A DNA stretch of 64,000 nucleotides from Candidatus Bathyarchaeota archaeon (GTDB lineage Archaea; Thermoproteota; Bathyarchaeia; Bathyarchaeales; Bathyarchaeaceae): NCBI GenBank assembly GCA_963772765.1, contig CAVYYP010000013.1:560308-624307 (forward strand), in the 5' to 3' direction. Positions 1 through 8,284 of this stretch are shown in pieces. The position numbers and the translations under genes are program-made. Positions within the stretch are counted from its first letter, which is position 1; every line of letters begins with the position of its first letter. A model generated the notes under the pieces. That model had not been told where the DNA came from. It was given only the letters and a program-made list of their open reading frames with translations, and did not search any database.

Positions 1-1
1 A

Positions 2-148
2 GGCGAAAACTATCAAGACAACTATCCACTAATAGAACCTATAATAATTCCAGAGTTCCCTTCATGGATAGTTCTTCCAATAATAGTGACAGCAACTCTG
101 GTTTTCCTAGTGTATCGGAGCAGATTGACAAGAAAACTTGCTAACTAA
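2..148 (+). CDS. 3' end of a secreted surface protein with a PEF-CTERM-type anchor (gene starts left of the window)
   Basis: Frame 2 is open from the window edge. It ends GENYQDNYPLIEPIIIPEFPSWIVLPIIVTATLVFLVYRSRLTRKLAN*: PEF motif, one hydrophobic helix, basic tail. The same tail type occurs at 40946-41137 and 42266-43510. DNYPL resembles DDYPL near the C-terminus of the beta-helix protein 8281-9480. Confidence 0.6.
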   Translation, partial: GENYQDNYPLIEPIIIPEFPSWIVLPIIVTATLVFLVYRSRLTRKLAN

Positions 149-248
149 TTCGTCTTGAAGTCTAGTTTTATTTCCAAAAAACTTAGCACACAGAAGAACA
201 GCGTCAGAGATTAGGATCTCAAATTGCAAAAATACGTAGCACAAGACT

Positions 249-319
249 GTTTATTCACATGTTCATGCGCCTATTAAAAGCCTAATAGAAGTATATTGTT
301 GAAAACAATCTTTTCTGCA
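249..319. repeat. Intergenic repeat family, copy A (inverted relative to copies B and C)
   Basis: The reverse complement of 249-319 is tgcagaaaagattgttttcaacaatatacttctattaggcttttaataggcgcatgaacatgtgaataaac. It aligns by eye with 21500-21595 and, minus the central attgtt-gaa-aacaat hairpin module, with 44014-44054. Confidence 0.65.
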
Positions 320-354
320 AATTTTTTTGTGCTGCACACTTTTCTGAATTTTGT

Positions 355-720
355 TCATTTGTCTTTGGTGTTTCCGTTGTTTTTTAGTGGTACGCATACT
401 TTGCGTCCTGCTTGTTCTATGTATACTATTTTGACGTCTAGCCCGTAGGTTTGCTGCATGTTGTGTTCTGTTATCACGTCGTTGGCTGGTCCCATGTCAA
501 TGAAGTGGTGCCCCTTCATTACGCCGACCTTGTTTGACACCAAGAAGCTGTGGTCAGGAAAATGAGAAGTCATAACCACAGAAAAGCCCCTGCAAGACAA
601 ATCCTCAATCATATTTAGTATCTTGAACTGGTTCCCAAAATCCAGATGCGAAGTAGGCTCATCAAGAAGCACAATCTCAGGCTCCTGCGCTAAAACCTTC
701 GCAAACATAACAAGCTGCGC
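355..720 (-). pseudogene. 5'-truncated ABC importer ATPase (FepC/FecE/BtuD-like), C-terminal half only
   Basis: Translation reads ..AQLVMFAKVLAQEPEIVLLDEPTSHLD (Walker B and D-loop) and TSHFPDH (H-loop). The C-terminal tail is typical of iron-siderophore/cobalamin importer ATPases. Similarity stops near 718-720. Walker A, Q-loop and the LSGG signature are absent, and the frame runs into TAG TAG at 757-762. Confidence 0.75.
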
Positions 721-958
721 GCGCGCTCTCGCCTTGCTCTCCCACCCACCCGCCCACTACTACGGCAGCCTCGAAGCTCGCTCAGGATTATTTTCGGCGG
801 AGACCGCTCCGCCTACTGACTGACCAGACGTCAGGTAGTGGGCGCGCTCCTCATTTCGCTTCGTCTCGGCTTTTGCTACCGCAGCCGAGAACTCAGCGAG
901 GGATTGAAAAGTAGGAGAAGGGCTTGTGGTTAAGGGTTGGTTTTGGCGCGCGCCTACA
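717..958. other. GC-rich structured island of unknown nature (candidate ncRNA or foreign-DNA remnant)
   Basis: Hand count gives 146 G+C in 240 nt (721-960), against 12/60 and 24/60 in adjacent lines. The island is bounded by (GC)n runs tgcgcgcgcgc (716-726) and ggcgcgcgcc (944-953), which can pair. Internal stems: 752-761/835-844 (10 bp), 796-802/807-813 (7 bp, loop accg), 864-871/883-890 (8 bp). I recognised no tRNA T-loop, RNase P or SRP motif. Confidence 0.4.
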
Positions 959-975
959 GGTAATTTTTTCAATTT

Positions 976-1368
976 TTATTCAAAAGAAAAAGCGGTTGGA
1001 TTTATTACCTTTATTTTTTCGTTAATGAGGTTTACTAATTCTTCAGATTTGACTGGCTTTACCAAATATGCAATTGCCCCTTCATCCATTACTTTGGTGG
1101 CATCTTCTAATGATGGAAATCCAGTGATTACAATTTTAATAATATCGTGATTAATTTTGCTTATTTTAGATATTAGGTCTGTCCCATCTACATCGGGAAG
1201 TTTTACATCTACAAGAGCCAAATCATAATCTTTAGATCCCAGGTTCTCTAAAGCTTCTTTCCCCGTCTCCACGGTGTCAACCTCATATCCTTGTTTTCGA
1301 AGAATTCTGGAAAACACATTCAGGATAAATTTGTCGTCATCAATTATGAGGATGCTTTTTTGTTCCAA
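976..1368 (-). CDS. Single-domain response regulator (CheY-like receiver)
   Basis: 130 aa. Receiver signature: ILIIDDD, LALVDVKLPDVDG (phospho-Asp context), VITGF, LVKPV. No output domain. It overlaps the 3' end of the upstream kinase gene by 25 nt. Confidence 0.9.
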   Translation of the reverse strand: MEQKSILIIDDDKFILNVFSRILRKQGYEVDTVETGKEALENLGSKDYDLALVDVKLPDVDGTDLISKISKINHDIIKIVITGFPSLEDATKVMDEGAIAYLVKPVKSEELVNLINEKIKVINPTAFSFE

Positions 1369-3683
1369 AGATATTCTGCTCCTTGCCTGATTGGCAACTT
1401 TATTGTAAAAGTGGTTCCCTGTCCCTCTTCGCTTTTAAAAGTTATCTCTCCATTCTGAGCTTCGACCAACTTTTTACAGACTGCTAAACCAAAACCTTGC
1501 CCCTTAGATTTAGTGGTAAACAAGGGAGTGAAAATATGGGGCTTAACATCTTCAGGCATACCCATTCCGGTATCTTCTATGCGAAAACAAACACAATCAT
1601 CTGAATGATAAGCCACAATAGTCAATTCTCCCCCATCTGGCATGGCTTGCACAGCATTTCTTATCAGATTAGAGATTACACGTTTCAAGTTATCAGGATC
1701 TACAAAAAACTTCAATGGTTCTTCAGGAAGAACCACAGTGACAATAATATTGTCAGGAACCTCAACCAAAGCCAAAGAATTAGTTATTACACAGCTAAAA
1801 TCAACATTTTTCAAGTTGGGCTTGGCAGTTTTGGCGAAATCCTGCAGATCAGCGACCATATGATCAATATACCTAATCTGTTCAAGGATCAGGTTATGGA
1901 GTTCTTCAAGTTCTTTTTTCTGTGTGCTACCATCTGGAAGAGAATCAATAGTTTCTTTAGACAAATAAATGGCACCATCTATGCTTTGCAAAGGATTTCT
2001 GATGTCATGCCCAATCATTGCTGCAGTTTGACCAATAGCTGCCAATCGCTCAGCATCTCGGAGCTGTTTACTCTTTTCCTTGATTATTTCTTCCAAATGA
2101 GTTGTGTAAAATCTGACTTGTTCTCTGATCTCAACAAAATCCGTAATATCCTGAGTAGTCCCAAAACCTCCCTTGACATTTCCTTCTTCGTCAAATTCCA
2201 AATCAGCTTTTTCTCGCACCCACTTCACTTTACCATCTACAATTATTCGATGCTCAATATCATACGGTTCACCATCGAGTGCTGCTTTCCATTTTGTGTC
2301 AACATATTCTCGGTCATCCCAATGTATTATTTTTAAAAAAGATTCATAATCCATTGGCGTTAATTTTGGGACACCAAATATTTTATAGTTCTCATCAGAC
2401 CATTCCAAATTATTTTTTATAGTATTTAATCGCCAACTTCCAATTTTGCCTACAGCCTGAGCATGATTCAGATCATGCTGAGCTTCTCTAAGCGTTTCTT
2501 CTCTTTTCTTTCTTGGAGTTATATCATGTAAAATAGCTACGCTTCCTGTAATTTTTCCATCCTTGTTTTTTACAAGACTGGATGATATTGAAATTGGAAT
2601 AGGCGAACTGTCTTTCTTGTGGCAGATCAACTCCCCATGCCAAGAACCATTACTCCTAAGCTTTGCGTGCGCGCGCTCGCGCGCATAGATAGAGTAAACA
2701 GGATTTAATACCTCTGGTGTAGCTTTTCCTATCACTTCTTCGGCTTTCCAACCAAAAGTACGCTCAGCGGCTTGGTTCCAGCTTTTGATCACAAATGATT
2801 CATCTGTAGAGAAAATGGCGTCAGTTGTAGAGGATATTACCAGATTTTGTTCACGAAGTTGTTCCTCTATTGTCTTTTGTTTAGTGATATCTAGGCAGAT
2901 TCCCAACATTCTAATTGGTTGACCTTTTTTGTCATAAATTGCTTTTCCTAAAGCGTTTATCCAAACTATTTTACCATCGGGCTGAACAATTCTATACACA
3001 TTATCAAGAGACTTGTGATCTTTTATTGCTCTATTAATGTTATCAAGGGTGTTCTTTTTATCTTCAGGATGTAAAAGTGATTCCCAGATTTTAAAGGATG
3101 CATCATCCTTACTGGAATCAAGAGCAAAAAGGTGAAACATCTCGGGTGTCCATTCAATTTTACCCGTTCCGATGTCCCAGTCCCATAAACCTATCTGAGT
3201 GGCTTTTTGAGCTAATTCAAAACGTTCTTTTAATTGTATAAGCTGCGTTTCAGCTTCCTTGCGTTCGGTGATGTTTTGAAATATTGCTAGTGCTGCGATA
3301 ATTTTGCCATTTTTATCTTTGATTGGAGAAGCAGAAGTCCCAACAATTATCCTTGAACCATCGGGACGCTCAATCATCAATTCATCATTGATAATTTTGC
3401 CGGTTATTAGTGCCCTTCTTGTCGGAAGTTGCTCGGTTGCGTAAACTGCACCATTTAAAGTTAAAAGTTTCAATTTTGTGGATTGATTACTCATTTCTAG
3501 ACCGGATGGATCCACACCATACAATTCTTTTGCAATTTTATTCGCATATATGACTTTGCCGTTATTTTTTTCAATAATCAATATCCCACTAGGAATGCTA
3601 TCAAGAAGTGAGGCATGTAATCGAAAAATTCCATTGAAGAGATTTTTTTCCAACTCTTTCCCCCAATTATTGTGAAGAGACAT
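1344..3683 (-). CDS. Multi-PAS sensor histidine kinase
   Basis: 779 aa, with several PAS/PAC-like repeats. H-box GHDIRNPLQ, N-box NLIRNAVQAM, G-boxes EDTGMGM and GQGFGLAVCKK. No obvious TM segment. Confidence 0.9.
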   Translation of the reverse strand: MSLHNNWGKELEKNLFNGIFRLHASLLDSIPSGILIIEKNNGKVIYANKIAKELYGVDPSGLEMSNQSTKLKLLTLNGAVYATEQLPTRRALITGKIINDELMIERPDGSRIIVGTSASPIKDKNGKIIAALAIFQNITERKEAETQLIQLKERFELAQKATQIGLWDWDIGTGKIEWTPEMFHLFALDSSKDDASFKIWESLLHPEDKKNTLDNINRAIKDHKSLDNVYRIVQPDGKIVWINALGKAIYDKKGQPIRMLGICLDITKQKTIEEQLREQNLVISSTTDAIFSTDESFVIKSWNQAAERTFGWKAEEVIGKATPEVLNPVYSIYARERAHAKLRSNGSWHGELICHKKDSSPIPISISSSLVKNKDGKITGSVAILHDITPRKKREETLREAQHDLNHAQAVGKIGSWRLNTIKNNLEWSDENYKIFGVPKLTPMDYESFLKIIHWDDREYVDTKWKAALDGEPYDIEHRIIVDGKVKWVREKADLEFDEEGNVKGGFGTTQDITDFVEIREQVRFYTTHLEEIIKEKSKQLRDAERLAAIGQTAAMIGHDIRNPLQSIDGAIYLSKETIDSLPDGSTQKKELEELHNLILEQIRYIDHMVADLQDFAKTAKPNLKNVDFSCVITNSLALVEVPDNIIVTVVLPEEPLKFFVDPDNLKRVISNLIRNAVQAMPDGGELTIVAYHSDDCVCFRIEDTGMGMPEDVKPHIFTPLFTTKSKGQGFGLAVCKKLVEAQNGEITFKSEEGQGTTFTIKLPIRQGAEYLWNKKASS

Positions 3684-3782
3684 TTTTGTTTTTCGAGTTC
3701 TGAGAAGGTATTCGATATTTTTTAGGTGATTTCTAAATATTTAAAGTATGTGACATTTTTTGATTTCCGAATCTTAACTTTT

Positions 3783-4412
3783 TTAGTTGAGTATTTGTTT
3801 GGAGTCTAGAAGTTGTTCTATGAATTTTATTTGTAAATTATTTAATTTAGTGAACCAAACTTCTCTTTTAAGTTGGAGAACATTTAATGAGACAAATTTT
3901 AGCACTTTGTACGAATATTCTTGAACTATTTTTCCTTGTAGAGTATTTTGTGTTGTTTTTTGGTTTGAGTTATGCTTAGTCTTTATCAAGTCGGTGAGCG
4001 TTTGTCTGAATTTTCCGTTAACTGAGAAGGAACGTTTACAGAAAAGCCAACATAAAGCCACTGTTTTTAATGCTAATGAGTTCTTGTTTTCTGCATCTAT
4101 GCTTTTTAGAAGATACTTTTTCAGATAAGAAAAACTCCGACCCAAAAAATACATAGCCGTAACATCAACAAAGCTATGCCAACCAGATGCAATCGCGTCT
4201 TTTTCTTTAATCCTAACTTGTCTTTTCCTGTCTCTACACACCTTGAATTCTTTTTCCTCAAAGACCAAAATACAATGAATGTGAGGATGACCATTTTTAT
4301 ATGATTCAAAAACCCTACAACAAGAAACCTTTCCAAAATTCTTTCTGATATATGCCATGAACCGATTAAATTCAACAGCAACTGAGAAAATTATGCTCAA
4401 ATTTAACCTCAA
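3783..4412 (-). CDS. HUH-superfamily rolling-circle Rep-like protein, probably a remnant of an integrated plasmid or virus
   Basis: GHPHIHCILVF is an HUH motif followed by hydrophobics. About 50 aa downstream, FSYLKKYLLKS matches Y-x-x-K-Y-x-x-K (compare YVAKYVNK of phiX174 protein A). LSIIFS near the N-terminus could be motif 1. There is no ATG: the frame opens only 7 codons upstream of a TTG at 4412. No helicase domain is present. Confidence 0.5.
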   Translation of the reverse strand: MRLNLSIIFSVAVEFNRFMAYIRKNFGKVSCCRVFESYKNGHPHIHCILVFEEKEFKVCRDRKRQVRIKEKDAIASGWHSFVDVTAMYFLGRSFSYLKKYLLKSIDAENKNSLALKTVALCWLFCKRSFSVNGKFRQTLTDLIKTKHNSNQKTTQNTLQGKIVQEYSYKVLKFVSLNVLQLKREVWFTKLNNLQIKFIEQLLDSKQILN

Positions 4413-4445
4413 AATCTGATAGTCTGGAATAACTTAAATTGGGCT

Positions 4446-5601
4446 ATGTATCACGTTATGCAAAAGGTGTCGAGAGTGAAGCTGCAAACATCCATCGACT
4501 TTGTTAAAGCTGAAGTTGACAAGCACAAGCTGCAGATATCCTCTGAAAAGACCCTTGCCATACTCAGTTCAGCAGTCCACAACGGAGGTTTTACAAAAGC
4601 AAAAACGATAATCAGTATTCATGTTCCAGAACACAACGACGAAAACTGCAACCGAAAGATGGATGATCTAGACAAAGAACTTCACGAAAACCCAGAACTC
4701 ATCCTACAACGCGCCATAAAACGGCTAGGAATCAGCTTGGATGATGCTGTAGGGATTATGACACATGCAGACGTAAGAAACGTGGACATTTCACACCAAA
4801 AATATGATGCCGTAACATTGAGCGTCTTTGTAACTGCAGGCGTCGAAGTTGCCGCCAGAGCAAGCGAACTGACTATATCTCTGCCAAACCAACCAAAAAT
4901 TGACATAGGCACAATCAACATTGTCCTGCTAATTGACGGAAACCTTACAGAAAGCTGCATGGTTGACGCCATGAAAGACCATTACCGAAGCAAAAACCGT
5001 GGCACTCAAAGAGCTGGACGTGAGAAGCTGCTTTTCTGGCGATTCAGCCAGCGGAACCGTAACAGACAGCGTGGTAGTTGCCTGCACAAACCGCGGAGAG
5101 CCAATAAGCTATGTGGGAACAGCCACAGTAATAGGAGAACTAATAGGAAAATCCGTAAAACAGTCCCTGAAAAAGACACTTTACAACGAACAGCAAGTTG
5201 AAGCAGACCGATGCCTAACAAAAAGGCTCAAAGAACGGCGAATATCCCTCGAAAACGTGATGAAAATCTTCCTAGACACGCATCCTGAGCTTTCCCAAAA
5301 AGAAGACCAATTTAAAAAACAGGTAGAAACTGCACTGTCTAATCCAAAAATAGTTCCCCTTGTAATTGCAGGTCTCAGACTAGATGAAGACATAAAAGAC
5401 GGCTTAGTTCCAAAAAACATGTTTGACAAATCCGCAATTATAGAAACTCTTCAAGCCGCGGTAGCCAAATGCTTATGCAACAAAAATCCAGATGCCATAA
5501 AAGTTGAGGCTACCAGCTTAGCTGCTGAAGAGAAGCTAGGTCCAGTAACCGAAAAGATTCTTGCAACAATTATGAGCTGCATATCTTCAAGTCTGCTCTA
5601 A
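4446..5601 (+). pseudogene. cbiZ: Adenosylcobinamide amidohydrolase CbiZ with an extra C-terminal region; one frameshift as sequenced
   Basis: The N-part (frame of 4446) reads ..TLAILSSAVHNGGF..INIVLLIDGNLTESCMVDAM. The C-part (frame of 4999) reads KTITEAKTVALKELDVRSCFSGDSASGTVTDSVVVAC. They join cleanly if one A of atgaaagacc (4971-4980) is removed. About 130 further C-terminal residues are of unknown function. Confidence 0.7.
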
Positions 5602-5688
5602 GTTGTGTTCACGGTATTCTTATATTTCATTCAAACAGAGAGAATAGCACCTAGCATTCACAAATATTGTAGTAGGAGTGTTGATGGC

Positions 5689-6336
5689 ATGTCCAAAGTT
5701 GTTGCTTTTTCGTCTGGGGGAAAAGATTCAATGCACGCCCTATACGTGGCACTAAACAGCGGAATCAAAGTAGACTATCTACTTTTCGTAAAAAATGGCA
5801 GCAAAGCACACCGACTAAACAGCTGGGTACTCAAACTAGTATCAGAAACACTAGGAATACCCGCGGTAACCACCGAAAAACAGTTACCAAAAATACGAAA
5901 AACACTCACAGACCTGAAAGCCACAAAAGTAATCTCTGGAGTAATGGTAACACCCGAACACATGGACTGGTACAAACAAATCTGCGACCCAATAAACGTC
6001 AAACACATCGCGCCGCTCTGGGGAAAAAAACCAATAGAAGCACTCAAAGAAATAACAGGTTTGGGCTTTCAAACAAAAATAATTGAGCTAGACACCACAT
6101 GGGGAGCCAGCAAAAACTGGATAGGACAAAATCTAGACGCCGCACTCATACAAGAAATGGAAGACCTTGAAAAGCAACAAAAAATCAACTCGTCCGGCGA
6201 GCTGGGAGCATACCACACCTTCGTGACGGACTGTCCACTATTCGAAAAACGAATAAATATTCTTGACTCAGAAGTTTTTTGGGAAGACTCTAAGGGCTAT
6301 TTTGTAATAAAAGATGCAAAACTACAACAAAAATAG
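5689..6336 (+). CDS. PP-loop ATP pyrophosphatase of the MJ0570/Dph6 (diphthine-ammonia ligase-like) family
   Basis: 215 aa from ATG 5689, with AGGAG 12 nt upstream. VVAFSSGGKDS is a PP-loop. The track ORF begins at an upstream GTG (5605), which I consider less likely. Confidence 0.65.
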   Translation: MSKVVAFSSGGKDSMHALYVALNSGIKVDYLLFVKNGSKAHRLNSWVLKLVSETLGIPAVTTEKQLPKIRKTLTDLKATKVISGVMVTPEHMDWYKQICDPINVKHIAPLWGKKPIEALKEITGLGFQTKIIELDTTWGASKNWIGQNLDAALIQEMEDLEKQQKINSSGELGAYHTFVTDCPLFEKRINILDSEVFWEDSKGYFVIKDAKLQQK

Positions 6337-6409
6337 CAACTCTAAGGGTGAAATATGTTACTGGAAATGGAGATAATTTAATATAGTCTCCAACGGCAAG
6401 TAAAACAAT

Positions 6410-6422
6410 ATTTTAATATATA
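6410..6422 (+). promoter_or_regulatory. Putative TATA box for 6449-7519
   Basis: ttttaatatatat is centred about 33 nt upstream of ATG 6449. This is consistent with an archaeal TATA box and a short or absent leader. Confidence 0.3.
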
Positions 6423-6448
6423 TCATGTTCTTGTAGTAGAACACTAAA

Positions 6449-7519
6449 ATGGGGTTGATACACCTGCAAACTAAAGGACCTATGTTCATCATGGTTTGGC
6501 GATGCACTCATGGCTGTAACCTCAATTGCATGTACTGTAGTTTCAGGGGCGGAGACCTACCTAAAGTCCCAGCTCCCGATGAACTAGACGTTAAAGGCGC
6601 CCTTCACGTTGTAGATGAAATTTACGATTTTGGCGCCACATGGTTCGGCTTAAGTGGCGGCGAACCACTTACAAGAAAAGACATTTTTGAGCCCATTCAT
6701 CATGCAAACCAGCTGGGAATGAATGTAAGCTTGATCACAAACGGGCTTTTTGTTGACGGAGAAGTCTACAATCGGCTCATAAAAGAAAACGTCATGACAT
6801 CCATCAGCCTTGATGGACCAGAACACGTCCAAGACAAGCTCAGAGGAAAAGGCGAACACAAACTAGCCTACTCTGCAATCCAAAAACTATCAAAAGTTGA
6901 CCTTCTGGACTGTCTTGTTACCACAGTTACAAAACTTAACATGAAAGAAATGGACTACCTAGTCAACGTAGCAGACGAATACAACGCAAAACGACTAGTT
7001 ATCCACAACTATGTTCCTGTAGGCAACGGAAAATACAATGTAGAACTTGCTCCAACTGCCGAAGACTATGAAGTGCTCTGGAACCACGTGTATGACCTTT
7101 ACCAAGAGTACAAGGGCAAGGTCGACATCAAAGTTTACAGCCCATTCTATGCTCGTGTAGTAAGAGAACGAGGAATGCACAACTTCTGGGACTGGTACGC
7201 AAACGATTTCCTAGGCAAATGCACCATGGACGGACACTACGTAAGCATATCTCCAAACGGAGACGTTAAACCATGTGGCTTCAATGAAACACTCAAACTG
7301 GCTAACCTGAAAGACAAGAGCCTACGAGAAATCTGGGACGACCTGCAAAACGACGAATTCTACCTCAAAATAAGAGACAAACGCAACCTTAAAGGCAAAT
7401 GTGGAATATGCGAATATCGCGAAATCTGCGGCGGATGCAGAACAAGAGCCGAATACTACACCGGAGACATCTTCGAATCAGACCCAGCATGCGCATACAT
7501 ACCAAAAGCAATGCGTTAA
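6449..7519 (+). CDS. Radical SAM enzyme with SPASM-type C-terminal auxiliary-cluster domain (NirJ/AhbC/AhbD-like size class)
   Basis: CNLNCMYC (CxxxCxxC) and SGGEPL. C-terminal Cys-rich CGICEYREICGGCRTRAEYYTGDIFESDPACAY. Confidence 0.85.
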   Translation: MGLIHLQTKGPMFIMVWRCTHGCNLNCMYCSFRGGDLPKVPAPDELDVKGALHVVDEIYDFGATWFGLSGGEPLTRKDIFEPIHHANQLGMNVSLITNGLFVDGEVYNRLIKENVMTSISLDGPEHVQDKLRGKGEHKLAYSAIQKLSKVDLLDCLVTTVTKLNMKEMDYLVNVADEYNAKRLVIHNYVPVGNGKYNVELAPTAEDYEVLWNHVYDLYQEYKGKVDIKVYSPFYARVVRERGMHNFWDWYANDFLGKCTMDGHYVSISPNGDVKPCGFNETLKLANLKDKSLREIWDDLQNDEFYLKIRDKRNLKGKCGICEYREICGGCRTRAEYYTGDIFESDPACAYIPKAMR

Positions 7520-7579
7520 TATCGGTAAAACAGATGCTTTGTAGTTCAGATATCTGACTGCAAGGCTTTCATAGACTCT

Positions 7580-8284
7580 TTAGTCTTTTTCTTTTTGTTT
7601 GTATCCTCGTAAGTGGGGTATAAACAGGGGAACGTTCTGTTTGTATTTTCGGAATTCGTCTCCGAACTTGTTTTCCATTATTTCTGCTTCTTCTTTTGCC
7701 AGCCTATAGTACAAAATGACCAGCAAAGGCCACAAAATAAGCGAAAGAATGGTGAGCCATTGGACGTTCATTCCAAACGTGAGCAGCAGCATTCCTAGAT
7801 ACTGTGGGTTGCGAACATGTGCGTAGATTCCTGTTGTTACCAGTTTTTTTCCTTTGGCATTGAAGATTTGTCTCCAACCGACTATTATGAGAATGATTCC
7901 TATGAGCATGATGATGTTTGAGAGTGGCAGCAGTATGACGTGGAAGATGAATGCGAACAGGTCTTCTCCGATTATTCCTGCAAACAGATGCTCTAGGGTA
8001 TAGACGTTGTTGTATCCGAAGAGCCAGCTAAAGATGTACAGCGTTAAGGGGAAGCCGTACATTTCTGCATATAATGCGACAATGAATGCCAAGTAAACAC
8101 TTGCAGGAAGGCGCGAAAGCTTCTTTCTAACCTGTGTAAACAGCACAAATGCTCCAAAAAATGCGATGTTCACTAGCGCAAAGCCCCAGTTGTCCCAGCC
8201 ATACACGGCTACGCTGATATAAAACAGGCAAACAGACACCACTGCCACAAGCAACAGGAGTTCAACAAGTCTTACAAGCTTCAT
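7580..8284 (-). CDS. Polytopic membrane protein, ICMT/phospholipid-methyltransferase-like
   Basis: Start taken at ATG 8284 (ATGA overlap with the stop of 8281-9480). Several hydrophobic helices. The C-terminal LVTTGIYAHVRNPQYLG...EEAEIMENKFGDEFRKY resembles isoprenylcysteine carboxyl methyltransferase-type proteins. Confidence 0.6.
   Translation of the reverse strand: MKLVRLVELLLLVAVVSVCLFYISVAVYGWDNWGFALVNIAFFGAFVLFTQVRKKLSRLPASVYLAFIVALYAEMYGFPLTLYIFSWLFGYNNVYTLEHLFAGIIGEDLFAFIFHVILLPLSNIIMLIGIILIIVGWRQIFNAKGKKLVTTGIYAHVRNPQYLGMLLLTFGMNVQWLTILSLILWPLLVILYYRLAKEEAEIMENKFGDEFRKYKQNVPLFIPHLRGYKQKEKD

Noticed and set aside
717-958. GC-rich island considered as tRNA, 5S rRNA, SRP RNA or RNase P RNA.
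   Set aside because: On either strand I could find no GTTCRANNC-type T-loop and cloverleaf, no RNase P GAGGAAAGTCC-type block, and no convincing SRP helix-8 or 5S signature. It is reported as unknown rather than as a named RNA gene.
760-972. 70-aa minus-strand ORF inside the GC-rich island, in the same frame as the ABC fragment and separated from it by TAG TAG. I considered a pyrrolysine read-through or an N-terminal part of the ATPase.
   Set aside because: Its translation has no Walker A, Q-loop or signature motif and no other recognisable feature. Two consecutive TAGs and the abrupt composition change fit a junction with unrelated DNA better than recoding.
1605-2336. 243-aa plus-strand ORF, with other track ORFs, antisense to the histidine kinase.
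   Set aside because: The minus strand encodes clear PAS, HisKA and HATPase motifs. The antisense ORF has no recognisable features and an odd composition.
2668-2685. The palindrome tgcgcgcg-ct-cgcgcgca inside the kinase gene resembles the left edge of the GC island (tgcgcgcgcgctc, 716-728). I considered it a second element end or recombination site.
   Set aside because: It lies within an uninterrupted, sensible PAS-domain reading (..YARERAHAKL..). The shared part is only ~10 nt of simple alternating GC, which is insufficient to claim relatedness. It is kept only as a note that such runs are rare in this window.
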